Assembly: GCA_018660265.1 (NCBI GenBank)
Contig: JABJKS010000106.1
Location: 1,144 to 65,143, forward strand
DNA: 64,000 nucleotides
Reading direction: 5' to 3'
Origin: Rhodospirillaceae bacterium
GTDB taxonomy: Bacteria; Pseudomonadota; Alphaproteobacteria; GCA-2731375
A model generated the notes under the pieces. The model was not told the DNA's origin, ran no database searches, and saw nothing but the letters and a program-made list of their open reading frames with translations. This document shows, piece by piece, positions 55,780-64,000 of the stretch (the stretch's first letter is position 1; each line of letters opens with the position of its first letter). Both the position numbers and the translations under genes were made by a program.

Positions 55780-56955
55780 CTAGATTTCGGAAAAATAGGC
55801 CTCACGAAAGCCGACTTCCTCAATTTCGTCGTCGGTAAATCGCGCCTTGATCGTTTCGATTTCGGATAGATTCTCGATCAATGCGTTGACACATCTGGGA
55901 TCAAGCATAGTGCCTGATTTGTCTTTCAGGAACTGTAGGGCCCGCTCGACGCTCCAGGCTTCCTTGTAGGGTCGCTTACTGGTCAGGGCATCAAAGATAT
56001 CCGCAACCATGACAATGCGCGCTTCCAGGGGAATGGCTTCGCCAATCAAACCCTCCATATATCCGTTGCCATCAAAACACTCGTGATGAAAGCGGACAAT
56101 ATTTCGCAGCATTTCCGTGTGTGGCAGATCCGTCAGGCCAAAGTCACCGATTATGGCATCGACCATTCTGACGCCTTTGGTGACGTGGGTTTTCATAATT
56201 GCGAATTCAGCCTCTGTTAGCTGGGCCGGTTTTAACAAAATGCTGTCTTCTATGCCGATCTTGCCAATATCGTGCAGGGGCGAAAAAAGGAAGACGAACT
56301 CCACAAACTCATCCGACAGCGCCTTTTCTACGGCGATATCGTTGGCAATGACGCGGGCATAGCGCGACATCCGGTCAAGATGGGCACCGGTCTCCTGGTC
56401 CCGGTAACGGCTTAAATCGCGCGCCACATTGACCGAGGAACGAAGCATCTGCGCGGGCGTCAAACCGTTGATCACCAGCAGGGATATCAGATGTGAAAAA
56501 GTCGAAAGATGATGCAGGGTAATATTGTCGAAATACGCCTTCTTCCGCGCATCAAAAAACAAAAAACCGATGAGTTGGCCGCGGTTAAAGAAGGGCCGGG
56601 TGTAGCTGGACAGGTAACCGGCTTCGATGACCTTTTGGCTGCGCACGTGGTCCGGGCCAAGGACGGTCAGATCGCTGACCCGCCTGTCCTGATGTGCTGC
56701 TGCCAGACTGGCCAGAATGGGGACCTCACCCAGGGCTGCCTCGTAATGGGAGAATGGCACCGCCCCTTCGGTGCTGTGAATGAAGGTCTTCAGGCGGTCG
56801 GTCCCGTGGTCATAGATCGCGACGGCGACACGTGCGATCTCAGGAAATGCTTCTTTCATATTGCTATGCACAGTTTCCAGCTGCTGCTGGACCGAGGCGG
56901 CGGTGTCGCCATCGTTTATGATGACCTGCTGTCCGGTATTCTCAAGTGATTGCAT
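55780..56955 (-). CDS. GAF + HD-GYP domain phosphohydrolase
   Basis: ETGAH..R, LHDIGKIG, HHE..DG.GY, ARI..VADIFDALTS.RPYK. Confidence 0.9.
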   Translation of the reverse strand: MQSLENTGQQVIINDGDTAASVQQQLETVHSNMKEAFPEIARVAVAIYDHGTDRLKTFIHSTEGAVPFSHYEAALGEVPILASLAAAHQDRRVSDLTVLGPDHVRSQKVIEAGYLSSYTRPFFNRGQLIGFLFFDARKKAYFDNITLHHLSTFSHLISLLVINGLTPAQMLRSSVNVARDLSRYRDQETGAHLDRMSRYARVIANDIAVEKALSDEFVEFVFLFSPLHDIGKIGIEDSILLKPAQLTEAEFAIMKTHVTKGVRMVDAIIGDFGLTDLPHTEMLRNIVRFHHECFDGNGYMEGLIGEAIPLEARIVMVADIFDALTSKRPYKEAWSVERALQFLKDKSGTMLDPRCVNALIENLSEIETIKARFTDDEIEEVGFREAYFSEI

Positions 56956-57093
56956 GGCTGAAACTCAACACGGATACAAATTTTCTGCGGCAAGACGGCG
57001 TTGCGTTTGCCGCCAGGGAGCGCTTCACGTCATCAAATTATTCGGAAAGTCTTAAGGTAGTCTGAAGGTGCGATCAGTCCACACATGGCGCTC

Positions 57094-57144
57094 AAAAAAA
57101 CGGCCCCGATGCAGCTGCATTCGCAGCCGCATTTGGGGCCGTTT
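57094..57144 (-). terminator. Rho-independent terminator after the CDGSH gene
   Basis: Long hairpin AAACGGCCCC...GGGGCCGTTT with an A7 run at 57094-57100 (U-tail on the minus strand). Confidence 0.75.
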
Positions 57145-57164
57145 CAATAGCTGTGGCGCGCGAT

Positions 57165-57404
57165 CTATAGGCGGTTATGGGCACCATTGCAGAAAGGTTG
57201 GCCGTCGTTGCGCTTGCAGCCGCACAAAGCATAAGACTTGGCCTTGTCTACCTGAAACTTCACTGGCGTGAAGTCGGAGCCTTTGTGGCTGCCGTCGCAC
57301 AATGGCTGCTTCGAGCTTTTGCCACAGCTACACCAATAATAATCTTTGCCCGCTTCCAAATCCGTCATGTAGGGGAATTCCTGGGCGATAACGGCTTCTG
57401 ACAT
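57165..57404 (-). CDS. CDGSH iron-sulfur domain protein (two-motif, MiNT-like)
   Basis: WCSCGKS..QP.CDGSH and LCGCK....QPFCNGAH; AGGAG RBS. Confidence 0.92.
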   Translation of the reverse strand: MSEAVIAQEFPYMTDLEAGKDYYWCSCGKSSKQPLCDGSHKGSDFTPVKFQVDKAKSYALCGCKRNDGQPFCNGAHNRL

Positions 57405-57512
57405 GAATAGTGCTCCTATGGATTTATGAACTGTTGTTGATAGGTAGAGGGTTGCCTGTGCGAAGACAACGGTACGCCGGTGAACAATATTGTTTCCTGA
57501 TGGGGATAATCT

Positions 57513-58658
57513 TTACAGCACGTCTGATAATACATTGATCAATCGGTCTATGTCCGCTTCGTTGTTAAAAAGATGCGGCGTCACGCGCATGGATTGACCA
57601 CGCACGGAAACATAGACGTTGTTTGCACCCAGGCGTTCGGGCAGGCCATCGGGGACATCACCTGGAAAACCCAGGCCCAGAAAATGATCGGCCCGCAGAC
57701 TGGGGGCTGATGCCCAGAGGCCCAAAGGCGCGGCGCGTTCGGCAATTGTCGCAGTCATCGCCGCCAGTGTTTCCTGAATATTCTCGACGCCCCATTCCAA
57801 CAATTGTTCCAGGGCTGTGACTGCCATGGGCATGGCGGTGAAGTTGGCACTTTCTCCCATGTCAAAACGCCGGGCGCCAGGTTGAAATTCAGATTTGTAG
57901 TCGACCAGACCGGCAAAGTTCTCACTGTCCTTGCGGGCGATCCAGTTGTGTTCCAGGGGCCGGCCGTTCTGATACTTCGGCGCGACATATAAAAAGCCTA
58001 ATGTATAGGGGCCCATCATCCATTTGTACCCGGCTGCGATGGCGAAATCAGGCTGGATTGCTTCTACATCGAACGGCAACGCGCCGATGGATTGGGTGAT
58101 GTCCAGGACGAGGGCGGCACCATTTTCACGGCACCTTTGGCCGACGGCCACCAAATCGATCAGGCCGCCGTCGGTCCAATGACAGTGTGGCAAGGCAACC
58201 AGGGCCGTATTCTGATCGATGGCATTGAGGATGCGCGGGGTCCAGCCGTCATTGCCGCCCCGAGGCATGCTGCGGGGGATGGTTACAATTTCCGCGCCGC
58301 GGTCTGTTGCCAATTCCCGCCAGGGATAGACGTTTGAGGGGAATTGATCCTGTAACACCACCATTGTCTGGCCTTTGGCCACGGGAATATTCTGCGCCGC
58401 CGTGGCGGTGCCGTAGCTGCAGCTGGGAATTATGGCGATATCATCGGCCTGGGCATGGATCAGTTGCCCGAACAATGTCCGTGCCCGTTCAGGGGTGGTA
58501 AAGAAATCCGGTGGGCTGATCTGCCAGGGTTGCGCCTTTAACGCCACCGCCTCCCGCCCGGCAGCGACCACTTTATGCATCAGGGGGGACATATAGGCGC
58601 AATTGAAATAGGCGATGTCGTCGGGAATATCGAACAGGTGTCGCTGGCAGGGGATCAT
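57513..58658 (-). CDS. Aminotransferase class V-fold PLP enzyme (selenocysteine lyase/isopenicillin N epimerase-like)
   Basis: AYFNCAYMSP, FPSN.YPW, D..QS.G, YKW..GP, R.TPHLFN. Confidence 0.88.
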   Translation of the reverse strand: MIPCQRHLFDIPDDIAYFNCAYMSPLMHKVVAAGREAVALKAQPWQISPPDFFTTPERARTLFGQLIHAQADDIAIIPSCSYGTATAAQNIPVAKGQTMVVLQDQFPSNVYPWRELATDRGAEIVTIPRSMPRGGNDGWTPRILNAIDQNTALVALPHCHWTDGGLIDLVAVGQRCRENGAALVLDITQSIGALPFDVEAIQPDFAIAAGYKWMMGPYTLGFLYVAPKYQNGRPLEHNWIARKDSENFAGLVDYKSEFQPGARRFDMGESANFTAMPMAVTALEQLLEWGVENIQETLAAMTATIAERAAPLGLWASAPSLRADHFLGLGFPGDVPDGLPERLGANNVYVSVRGQSMRVTPHLFNNEADIDRLINVLSDVL

Positions 58659-58779
58659 TGGGATTTTCCACTCGTTATTTGTTGTCGCGCTCGGGTCTTG
58701 GAGCAGGTTGGGGGCATTGGGGACCGGCAGTAGATAGGATGTCAGATGCGACCTTATGTTGCAGTGCGGCAAAACACGG

Positions 58780-58807
58780 TTGACAGGGCAGGGCGGGGAC
58801 GTAAACT
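58780..58807 (+). promoter_or_regulatory. Putative sigma70 promoter of serC
   Basis: TTGACA-N16-TAAACT about 80 nt upstream of serC. Confidence 0.45.
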
Positions 58808-58887
58808 CCGCCCCCGTTCTCAGACGACTATCAAACGACCATATACCGCAAGTATACTTTGCGGGCCATTTTTAAGGACTTGGTGCC

Positions 58888-60063
58888 ATGCGCCCAAACC
58901 AGAAGCCTGACCGTAAACCCGATCGGCCGAATTTTTCGTCCGGCCCTTGTGCAAAACGCCCAGGGTGGAGCCCCGATGCTCTGGCCAATGCGTCTCTGGG
59001 CCGCTCGCATCGCTCTGCCGAAGGCAAGGCGCGGCTGTTGTCCGCGATAGAGGGTACGCGCGAGGTCCTGGGCGTGCCCGATGACTATCGCATCGCCATT
59101 GTACCGGCATCGGATACCGGCGCGGTGGAGATGGCATTGTGGTCCTTGCTGGGTGCCCGGGGCGTGGATGTCCTGGCCTGGGAAAGCTTCGGTGCCGGCT
59201 GGGCGACGGATATCACGAAACAACTGAAACTGCCTGATACCCGGTTGCTGGATGCTGACTATGGTTTGCTGCCGGATCTGGGCGAGGTCAATTTCGACAA
59301 CGATGTGGTGTTCTGCTGGAACGGCACCACCTCCGGTGTGCGCCTGGCAGACGCTGACTGGATCCCCGATGATCGTGCCGGCCTGGCTATTTGCGATGCT
59401 ACTTCTGCGGCTTTCGCCATGGAATTGCCCTGGGACAAGCTGGATGTGGTGACCTTCAGCTGGCAAAAAGTGCTGGGGGGTGAGGCGGCCCACGGCATGT
59501 TGATCCTGGGCCCTCGTGCCGTAGAACGGTTGGAAAGCCATACCCCGTCCTGGCCCCTGCCGAAAATCTTCCGCCTGACCAAAGGCGGCAAGCTACAGGA
59601 AGGCCCGTTTAAGGGAGAGACCATCAACACCCCGTCCATGCTGTGCGTGGAGGATTACCTCGATACCCTGGCCTGGGCCAGATCGGTGGGTGGTCTGGAG
59701 GGTTTGATCAAACGCGTCAACGGCAATGCCGGCGTGCTGGAAGGCTGGGTGGCCAAAACAGATTGGATTGGCTATGTCGCCAGGGATGGGGCTAACCGCT
59801 CTACCACGTCCGTCTGCCTGTCCATTGTGGATGACTGGTTTACCGCTCTGTCCGATGCCGATGGCAACGCTGTCGCCAAGCAGTTGGTCGCGTTGTTGGA
59901 ATCCGAGGCTGCCGCCCTGGATATCGGTGGTCACCGGGATGCGCCGACCGGCCTGCGCATCTGGTGTGGCGCGACGGTGGAGCAGTCTGATTTAGAGGCC
60001 TTGTTGCCATGGCTGGATTGGGCCTATGGCGAAGTGAAGGCGAAATTTTCCCCAGCCGCCTAG
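58888..60063 (+). CDS. serC: Phosphoserine aminotransferase (alphaproteobacterial type)
   Basis: [38 protein letters not shown]; upstream of serA. Confidence 0.96.
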   Translation: MRPNQKPDRKPDRPNFSSGPCAKRPGWSPDALANASLGRSHRSAEGKARLLSAIEGTREVLGVPDDYRIAIVPASDTGAVEMALWSLLGARGVDVLAWESFGAGWATDITKQLKLPDTRLLDADYGLLPDLGEVNFDNDVVFCWNGTTSGVRLADADWIPDDRAGLAICDATSAAFAMELPWDKLDVVTFSWQKVLGGEAAHGMLILGPRAVERLESHTPSWPLPKIFRLTKGGKLQEGPFKGETINTPSMLCVEDYLDTLAWARSVGGLEGLIKRVNGNAGVLEGWVAKTDWIGYVARDGANRSTTSVCLSIVDDWFTALSDADGNAVAKQLVALLESEAAALDIGGHRDAPTGLRIWCGATVEQSDLEALLPWLDWAYGEVKAKFSPAA

Positions 60064-60112
60064 CGAAAGCTTTGTCGGCGGCCACGTACGACCGTTAGGG
60101 ATATTGTAGATT

Positions 60113-61708
60113 ATGGCTAAAGTTCTGATTTCCGATAAAATGAGCCCCCGCGCTGCGGAAGTATTTCGTGATCGCGGCGTGGAAGTTGATGAAAAACCAG
60201 GCCTGACACCGGAAGGTCTGGCAGAGATCATTGATCAATATGATGGCTTGGCGATCCGATCCTCCACCACGGTGACGCCGGAAATCCTGGCGGCCGCGAA
60301 GGGCAACCTGAAGGTCATTGGCCGGGCCGGTATCGGCGTCGATAACATCGACCAGGAAGCCGCAACCGCCCAGGGCGTCTGTGTCATGAACACGCCTTTT
60401 GGCAATTCCATCACTACTGCTGAACATGCCATTTCCATGATGATGGCCCTGGCCCGGCAAATCCCCGCCGCTGACCGCTCCACCCACGAAGGCAAGTGGG
60501 AGAAGAATCGCTTCATGGGGGTGGAACTATACGGCAAAGTATTGGGCGTGATCGGCTGTGGTAATATTGGTGCCATTGTTTGTGATCGGGCCATTGGCCT
60601 GAAAATGCGGGTTGTCGCATTTGATCCCTACCTCTCGGAAGAACGCGCGCTTGATCTTGGGGTGGAGCGCGTGGATTTGGATACTTTGTTCGCCCGGGCT
60701 GATTTTATCACCCTGCACACGCCCTTAAACGATGCCACGCGCGGCATCATCAATGCCGACAGCATTGCCAAGATGAAGACCGGTGTTCGCATCATCAATT
60801 GTGCCCGAGGTGGGCTGTTGGTGGAAGAAGATCTGCGCGCCGCGATAGATGCGGGACAGGTCGCCGGTGCTGCGGTGGATGTTTTTTCGTCGGAACCGGC
60901 AAAGGAAAACGCCTTGTTCGGCTCTGATGCCGTTGTTGCAACGCCGCACTTGGGTGCCTCCACCACCGAGGCGCAGGTCAATGTCGCCGTGCAGGTGGCC
61001 GAACAGATGGCCGATTATCTGTTGACCGGTGCTATTACCAATGCCTTGAACATGGCCTCCGTCTCGGCGGAAGAAGCGCCGCGTCTGAAGCCCTATTTCA
61101 GCCTGGCGCGGGAATTAGGCAGCTTTGCCGGGCAGTTGACCGAAAGCGCCCTGCAGTCGGTGCATATAGAATATCAAGGCCATGTCGCCGGCCTTAATAC
61201 CCGTCCGCTGACGGCCATAGTTCTCGAAGGTCTGTTGCGGCCTTTGATCTCGAACGTAAACATGATCAATGCGCCCATCGTTGCCAAAGACAGGGGCATA
61301 GAGGTCAAGGAAACCCGAAGCGAAGGGGTCGGTGATTATCAAACCTTGGTTCGCGTCTCCGTCACCACGGAAAACCAAAGCAGGGATGTTGCCGGGACTT
61401 TGTTCGCCGATAATCGGCCGCGCATCGTCCAGGTCAAGGGCATCAAGCTGGAGGCGGAGCTGGTCGGCCATATGCTGTATCTGACGAATGAAGATCAGCC
61501 GGGCCTGATTGGTGCCCTGGGAACTGTGCTGGGTGATAATGGCGTCAACGTCGCCACGTTCCATCTGGGCCGGGCTGAAGAGGGCGGCGATGCCATCGCC
61601 CTGATCGGTGTTGACCAGCCCATTAATGACGCGGTCTTGACGGCGGTCCGTGCCTTGCCCCATGTAGGGCAGGCAAAGGCGCTCAACTTTCTAGGCTCCC
61701 TAAATTAA
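60113..61708 (+). CDS. serA: D-3-phosphoglycerate dehydrogenase
   Basis: GRAGIGVDN, NTPFGNSITTAEH, TPHLGAST.EAQ, C-terminal ACT domain. Confidence 0.97.
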   Translation: MAKVLISDKMSPRAAEVFRDRGVEVDEKPGLTPEGLAEIIDQYDGLAIRSSTTVTPEILAAAKGNLKVIGRAGIGVDNIDQEAATAQGVCVMNTPFGNSITTAEHAISMMMALARQIPAADRSTHEGKWEKNRFMGVELYGKVLGVIGCGNIGAIVCDRAIGLKMRVVAFDPYLSEERALDLGVERVDLDTLFARADFITLHTPLNDATRGIINADSIAKMKTGVRIINCARGGLLVEEDLRAAIDAGQVAGAAVDVFSSEPAKENALFGSDAVVATPHLGASTTEAQVNVAVQVAEQMADYLLTGAITNALNMASVSAEEAPRLKPYFSLARELGSFAGQLTESALQSVHIEYQGHVAGLNTRPLTAIVLEGLLRPLISNVNMINAPIVAKDRGIEVKETRSEGVGDYQTLVRVSVTTENQSRDVAGTLFADNRPRIVQVKGIKLEAELVGHMLYLTNEDQPGLIGALGTVLGDNGVNVATFHLGRAEEGGDAIALIGVDQPINDAVLTAVRALPHVGQAKALNFLGSLN

Positions 61709-61712
61709 GACC

Positions 61713-62867
61713 ATGACCCAGATGACTGGCTACGCTGAATTGGCATTACTGCCCGAAGGTCTGCACGATGACCTCGCCCCGTTTGCCGGGCACGAGGCCC
61801 GCTCTGTTGCCCAACTTGTGGCGCAGTTCGAGGGGCATGGGTACCAGCAGGTGAAGCCGCCCCTGATCGAGTTTGAGGAAAGTCTGCTGGCCGGCCCCGG
61901 CGCTGGTGTTGCCCGGCATATGTTCCGCCTGATGGACCCTATATCACAGCGCATGATGGGCTTGCGGGCCGACATGACGACCCAAGTCGCCCGGATTGCG
62001 GCGACCCGGCTAAAGGATGCGCCCCGGCCCCTGCGTTTGTGTTACGCGGGCCAGGTCTTGCGGGTGCGGGGCAGCCAATTGCGACCCGAACGACAATACG
62101 CCCAGGCCGGCGTGGAATTGATCGGGGCCGAAAGCGTTGCGGGTGATGCCGAGGTGGTGTTGTTGGCGGCGGAGGTCTTGCAAGATCTTGGCGTGCAAGG
62201 CCTGTCTGTTGATTTAACTGTGCCGTCTTTAGTACCGTTGTTGACCCAGGCTTTGGGCCTGAAAGGGGCAGAAGGCGAAGCCGCCCGTCAGGCCCTGGAC
62301 GAACGTGATGGCGCCGCGATTGAGGCATTGGCACCTGGCGTGCGGCAACAGCTTGGCGCTGTGATGCGCGCAGCGGGTCCTGCTGACCGCGCGATCAAGG
62401 CTTTGGCGGACCTGGATTTGCCTGATACCGCCCGTGCCTTGTGCGACTATCTGGCGGAATTGATCGCCTGCCTGAAGAAAGACAATGGCGGCCTGACCTT
62501 GACCGTTGATCCCGGCGAAAGCCGGGGCTTTGAATATCAAACGGGGATGAGTTTCAGCCTGTTTGCCGAAGGCGTACGCGGCGAACTGGGCCGGGGCGGG
62601 CGCTATCCCCTGGCCAACGGTGAAAGCGCCATTGGCTTCACCCTGTATCTTGATAGTCTGATGCGCGCCATACCGGACCAGAAAGCGCCACGGCGGCTAT
62701 ATCTGCCTTTCGGCACTTTGGGCGAACGTGCCCGGCAATTACGGGCTGAGGGCTGGGTTACCATTCAGTGCCTGGATGACAAGGTTGACCCGGCGGCTGA
62801 GGCGAAGACCCTCGGCTGTGACCATATTTTGCGCGATGATCAGGCTGTCGCTGTGGTTCTGTCCTGA
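61713..62867 (+). CDS. hisZ: ATP phosphoribosyltransferase regulatory subunit
   Basis: LLP.GL.D, RAD.T.Q.ARIA, Q.G.EL.G, GGRY; lies between serA and purA. Confidence 0.92.
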   Translation: MTQMTGYAELALLPEGLHDDLAPFAGHEARSVAQLVAQFEGHGYQQVKPPLIEFEESLLAGPGAGVARHMFRLMDPISQRMMGLRADMTTQVARIAATRLKDAPRPLRLCYAGQVLRVRGSQLRPERQYAQAGVELIGAESVAGDAEVVLLAAEVLQDLGVQGLSVDLTVPSLVPLLTQALGLKGAEGEAARQALDERDGAAIEALAPGVRQQLGAVMRAAGPADRAIKALADLDLPDTARALCDYLAELIACLKKDNGGLTLTVDPGESRGFEYQTGMSFSLFAEGVRGELGRGGRYPLANGESAIGFTLYLDSLMRAIPDQKAPRRLYLPFGTLGERARQLRAEGWVTIQCLDDKVDPAAEAKTLGCDHILRDDQAVAVVLS

Positions 62868-62905
62868 ACGTAGACAATATTTTTTAGCTTTGGAACGGTA
62901 AGAAT

Positions 62906-64000
62906 ATGGCGAATGTAGCGGTAGTGGGTGCCCAGTGGGGCGACGAAGGCAAAGGCAAGATCGTTGACTGGTTGTCCGAACGGGCCTCTGTCGTGGTGCG
63001 TTTTCAGGGCGGCCATAACGCGGGCCATACCTTGGTTATCGACGGCGCGGTCTATAAGTTGAGCCTGCTGCCGTCGGGCATCGTGCGCAAAGGCAAGCTT
63101 TCGATCATTGGCAATGGTGTCGTGGTTGATCCTTGGGCTTTGCTGTCGGAAATGGAAAGCCTGCGGACACAGGGCGTGGAAATCACACCATCGTCGCTAC
63201 GGCTGGCCTTCAACGCGGCCCTGATATTACCGTTGCATTCCGAACTGGACGGCTTTCGCGAGGATGCCAATACATCCCGCAAGATCGGCACCACCCGGCG
63301 TGGCATCGGCCCGGCTTATGAAGATAAGGTCGGCCGTCGGGCCATTCGGGTCTGTGATCTGTCGGACCTGGATACCCTGCCGGAAAAGGTTGAACAGCTT
63401 TTACTGCACCACAACGCCCTACGCCGGGGCCTGGGCCATGCCGAGGTTGATGCCGATAGCGTGGTTGAGATCTTGCGGGAGGTAGCCCCGAAAATCCTGC
63501 CCTTCGCGTCCAACGTCTGGCGCGACCTGGATGAAGCCCGCCGCGCCGGCCATCGTATTCTTTTCGAAGGTGCCCAGGCGGCGATGCTGGATATTGATCA
63601 CGGCACCTATCCGTATGTGACCTCGTCCAACACCCTGGCCGGACAGGTTGGTGCGGGCGCGGGCATTGGTGTGGATGCCATCGACTATGTCTTGGGCATC
63701 ACCAAAGCCTATACAACACGGGTTGGTGAGGGGCCGTTCCCCACCGAACTACATGATGACGTGGGCCGGGGCCTGGGCGAACGGGGCAAGGAATTCGGTA
63801 CCGTTACGGGGCGTTCCCGCCGTTGCGGCTGGTTTGATGCGGTCATGGTGCGTCAGGCCATCAAGGTTGGCGGCATCACCGGTATTGCCCTGACCAAGCT
63901 GGATGTGCTGGATGGTATGTCGGAGATTAAGGTCTGCACCCGTTATCGGGTTGACGGTATGGAGGTGGATTACCTGCCGGCCGAGATGAGCCGCCAAGCC
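62906..64000 (+). CDS. purA: Adenylosuccinate synthetase, runs off the window edge
   Basis: Manual translation [37 protein letters not shown]; later [28 protein letters not shown]. Confidence 0.97.
   Translation, partial: MANVAVVGAQWGDEGKGKIVDWLSERASVVVRFQGGHNAGHTLVIDGAVYKLSLLPSGIVRKGKLSIIGNGVVVDPWALLSEMESLRTQGVEITPSSLRLAFNAALILPLHSELDGFREDANTSRKIGTTRRGIGPAYEDKVGRRAIRVCDLSDLDTLPEKVEQLLLHHNALRRGLGHAEVDADSVVEILREVAPKILPFASNVWRDLDEARRAGHRILFEGAQAAMLDIDHGTYPYVTSSNTLAGQVGAGAGIGVDAIDYVLGITKAYTTRVGEGPFPTELHDDVGRGLGERGKEFGTVTGRSRRCGWFDAVMVRQAIKVGGITGIALTKLDVLDGMSEIKVCTRYRVDGMEVDYLPAEMSRQA

Noticed and set aside
58788..58887. serC leader RNA element
   Set aside because: Two small hairpins are present, but I cannot match them to the known alphaproteobacterial serC motif by eye; a covariance-model search is needed.

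Overview
GC-rich alphaproteobacterial (Rhodospirillales/Rhizobiales-like, judged from gene types) chromosomal window. Housekeeping genes bracket it: the 5' part of trpE on the left; pyc, serC, serA, hisZ and the 5' part of purA on the right. Between them lie about 50 kb of mostly orphan catabolic genes: two hydantoinase/oxoprolinase A+B pairs, a TRAP transporter, two CoA ligases, two double-MaoC dehydratases, a family III CoA-transferase, an LLM oxidoreductase, a CoxMSL-type molybdenum hydroxylase, a partial atu cluster and an F420-type (DDN) reductase. I found no rRNA, tRNA, CRISPR array, transposase or integrase. Three observations stand out. (1) At 3.6-7.5 kb there is an enzyme-less cassette array: two single-gene cargoes, each bracketed by a family of short imperfect palindromes and each followed by a displaced fragment of the upstream TPP-decarboxylase beta gene. 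One fragment is a 300-bp copy whose coding differences are mostly synonymous. (2) A 34-bp promoter/operator block (30/34 identical, core palindrome TTGTCTATAGACAA) is shared by two catabolic loci 30 kb apart, tying them into one putative IclR regulon. (3) An alanine-racemase-fold protein in a TRAP-hydantoinase operon has lost the catalytic Tyr and several other racemase residues. All alignments and counts were made by eye; no database searches were run.
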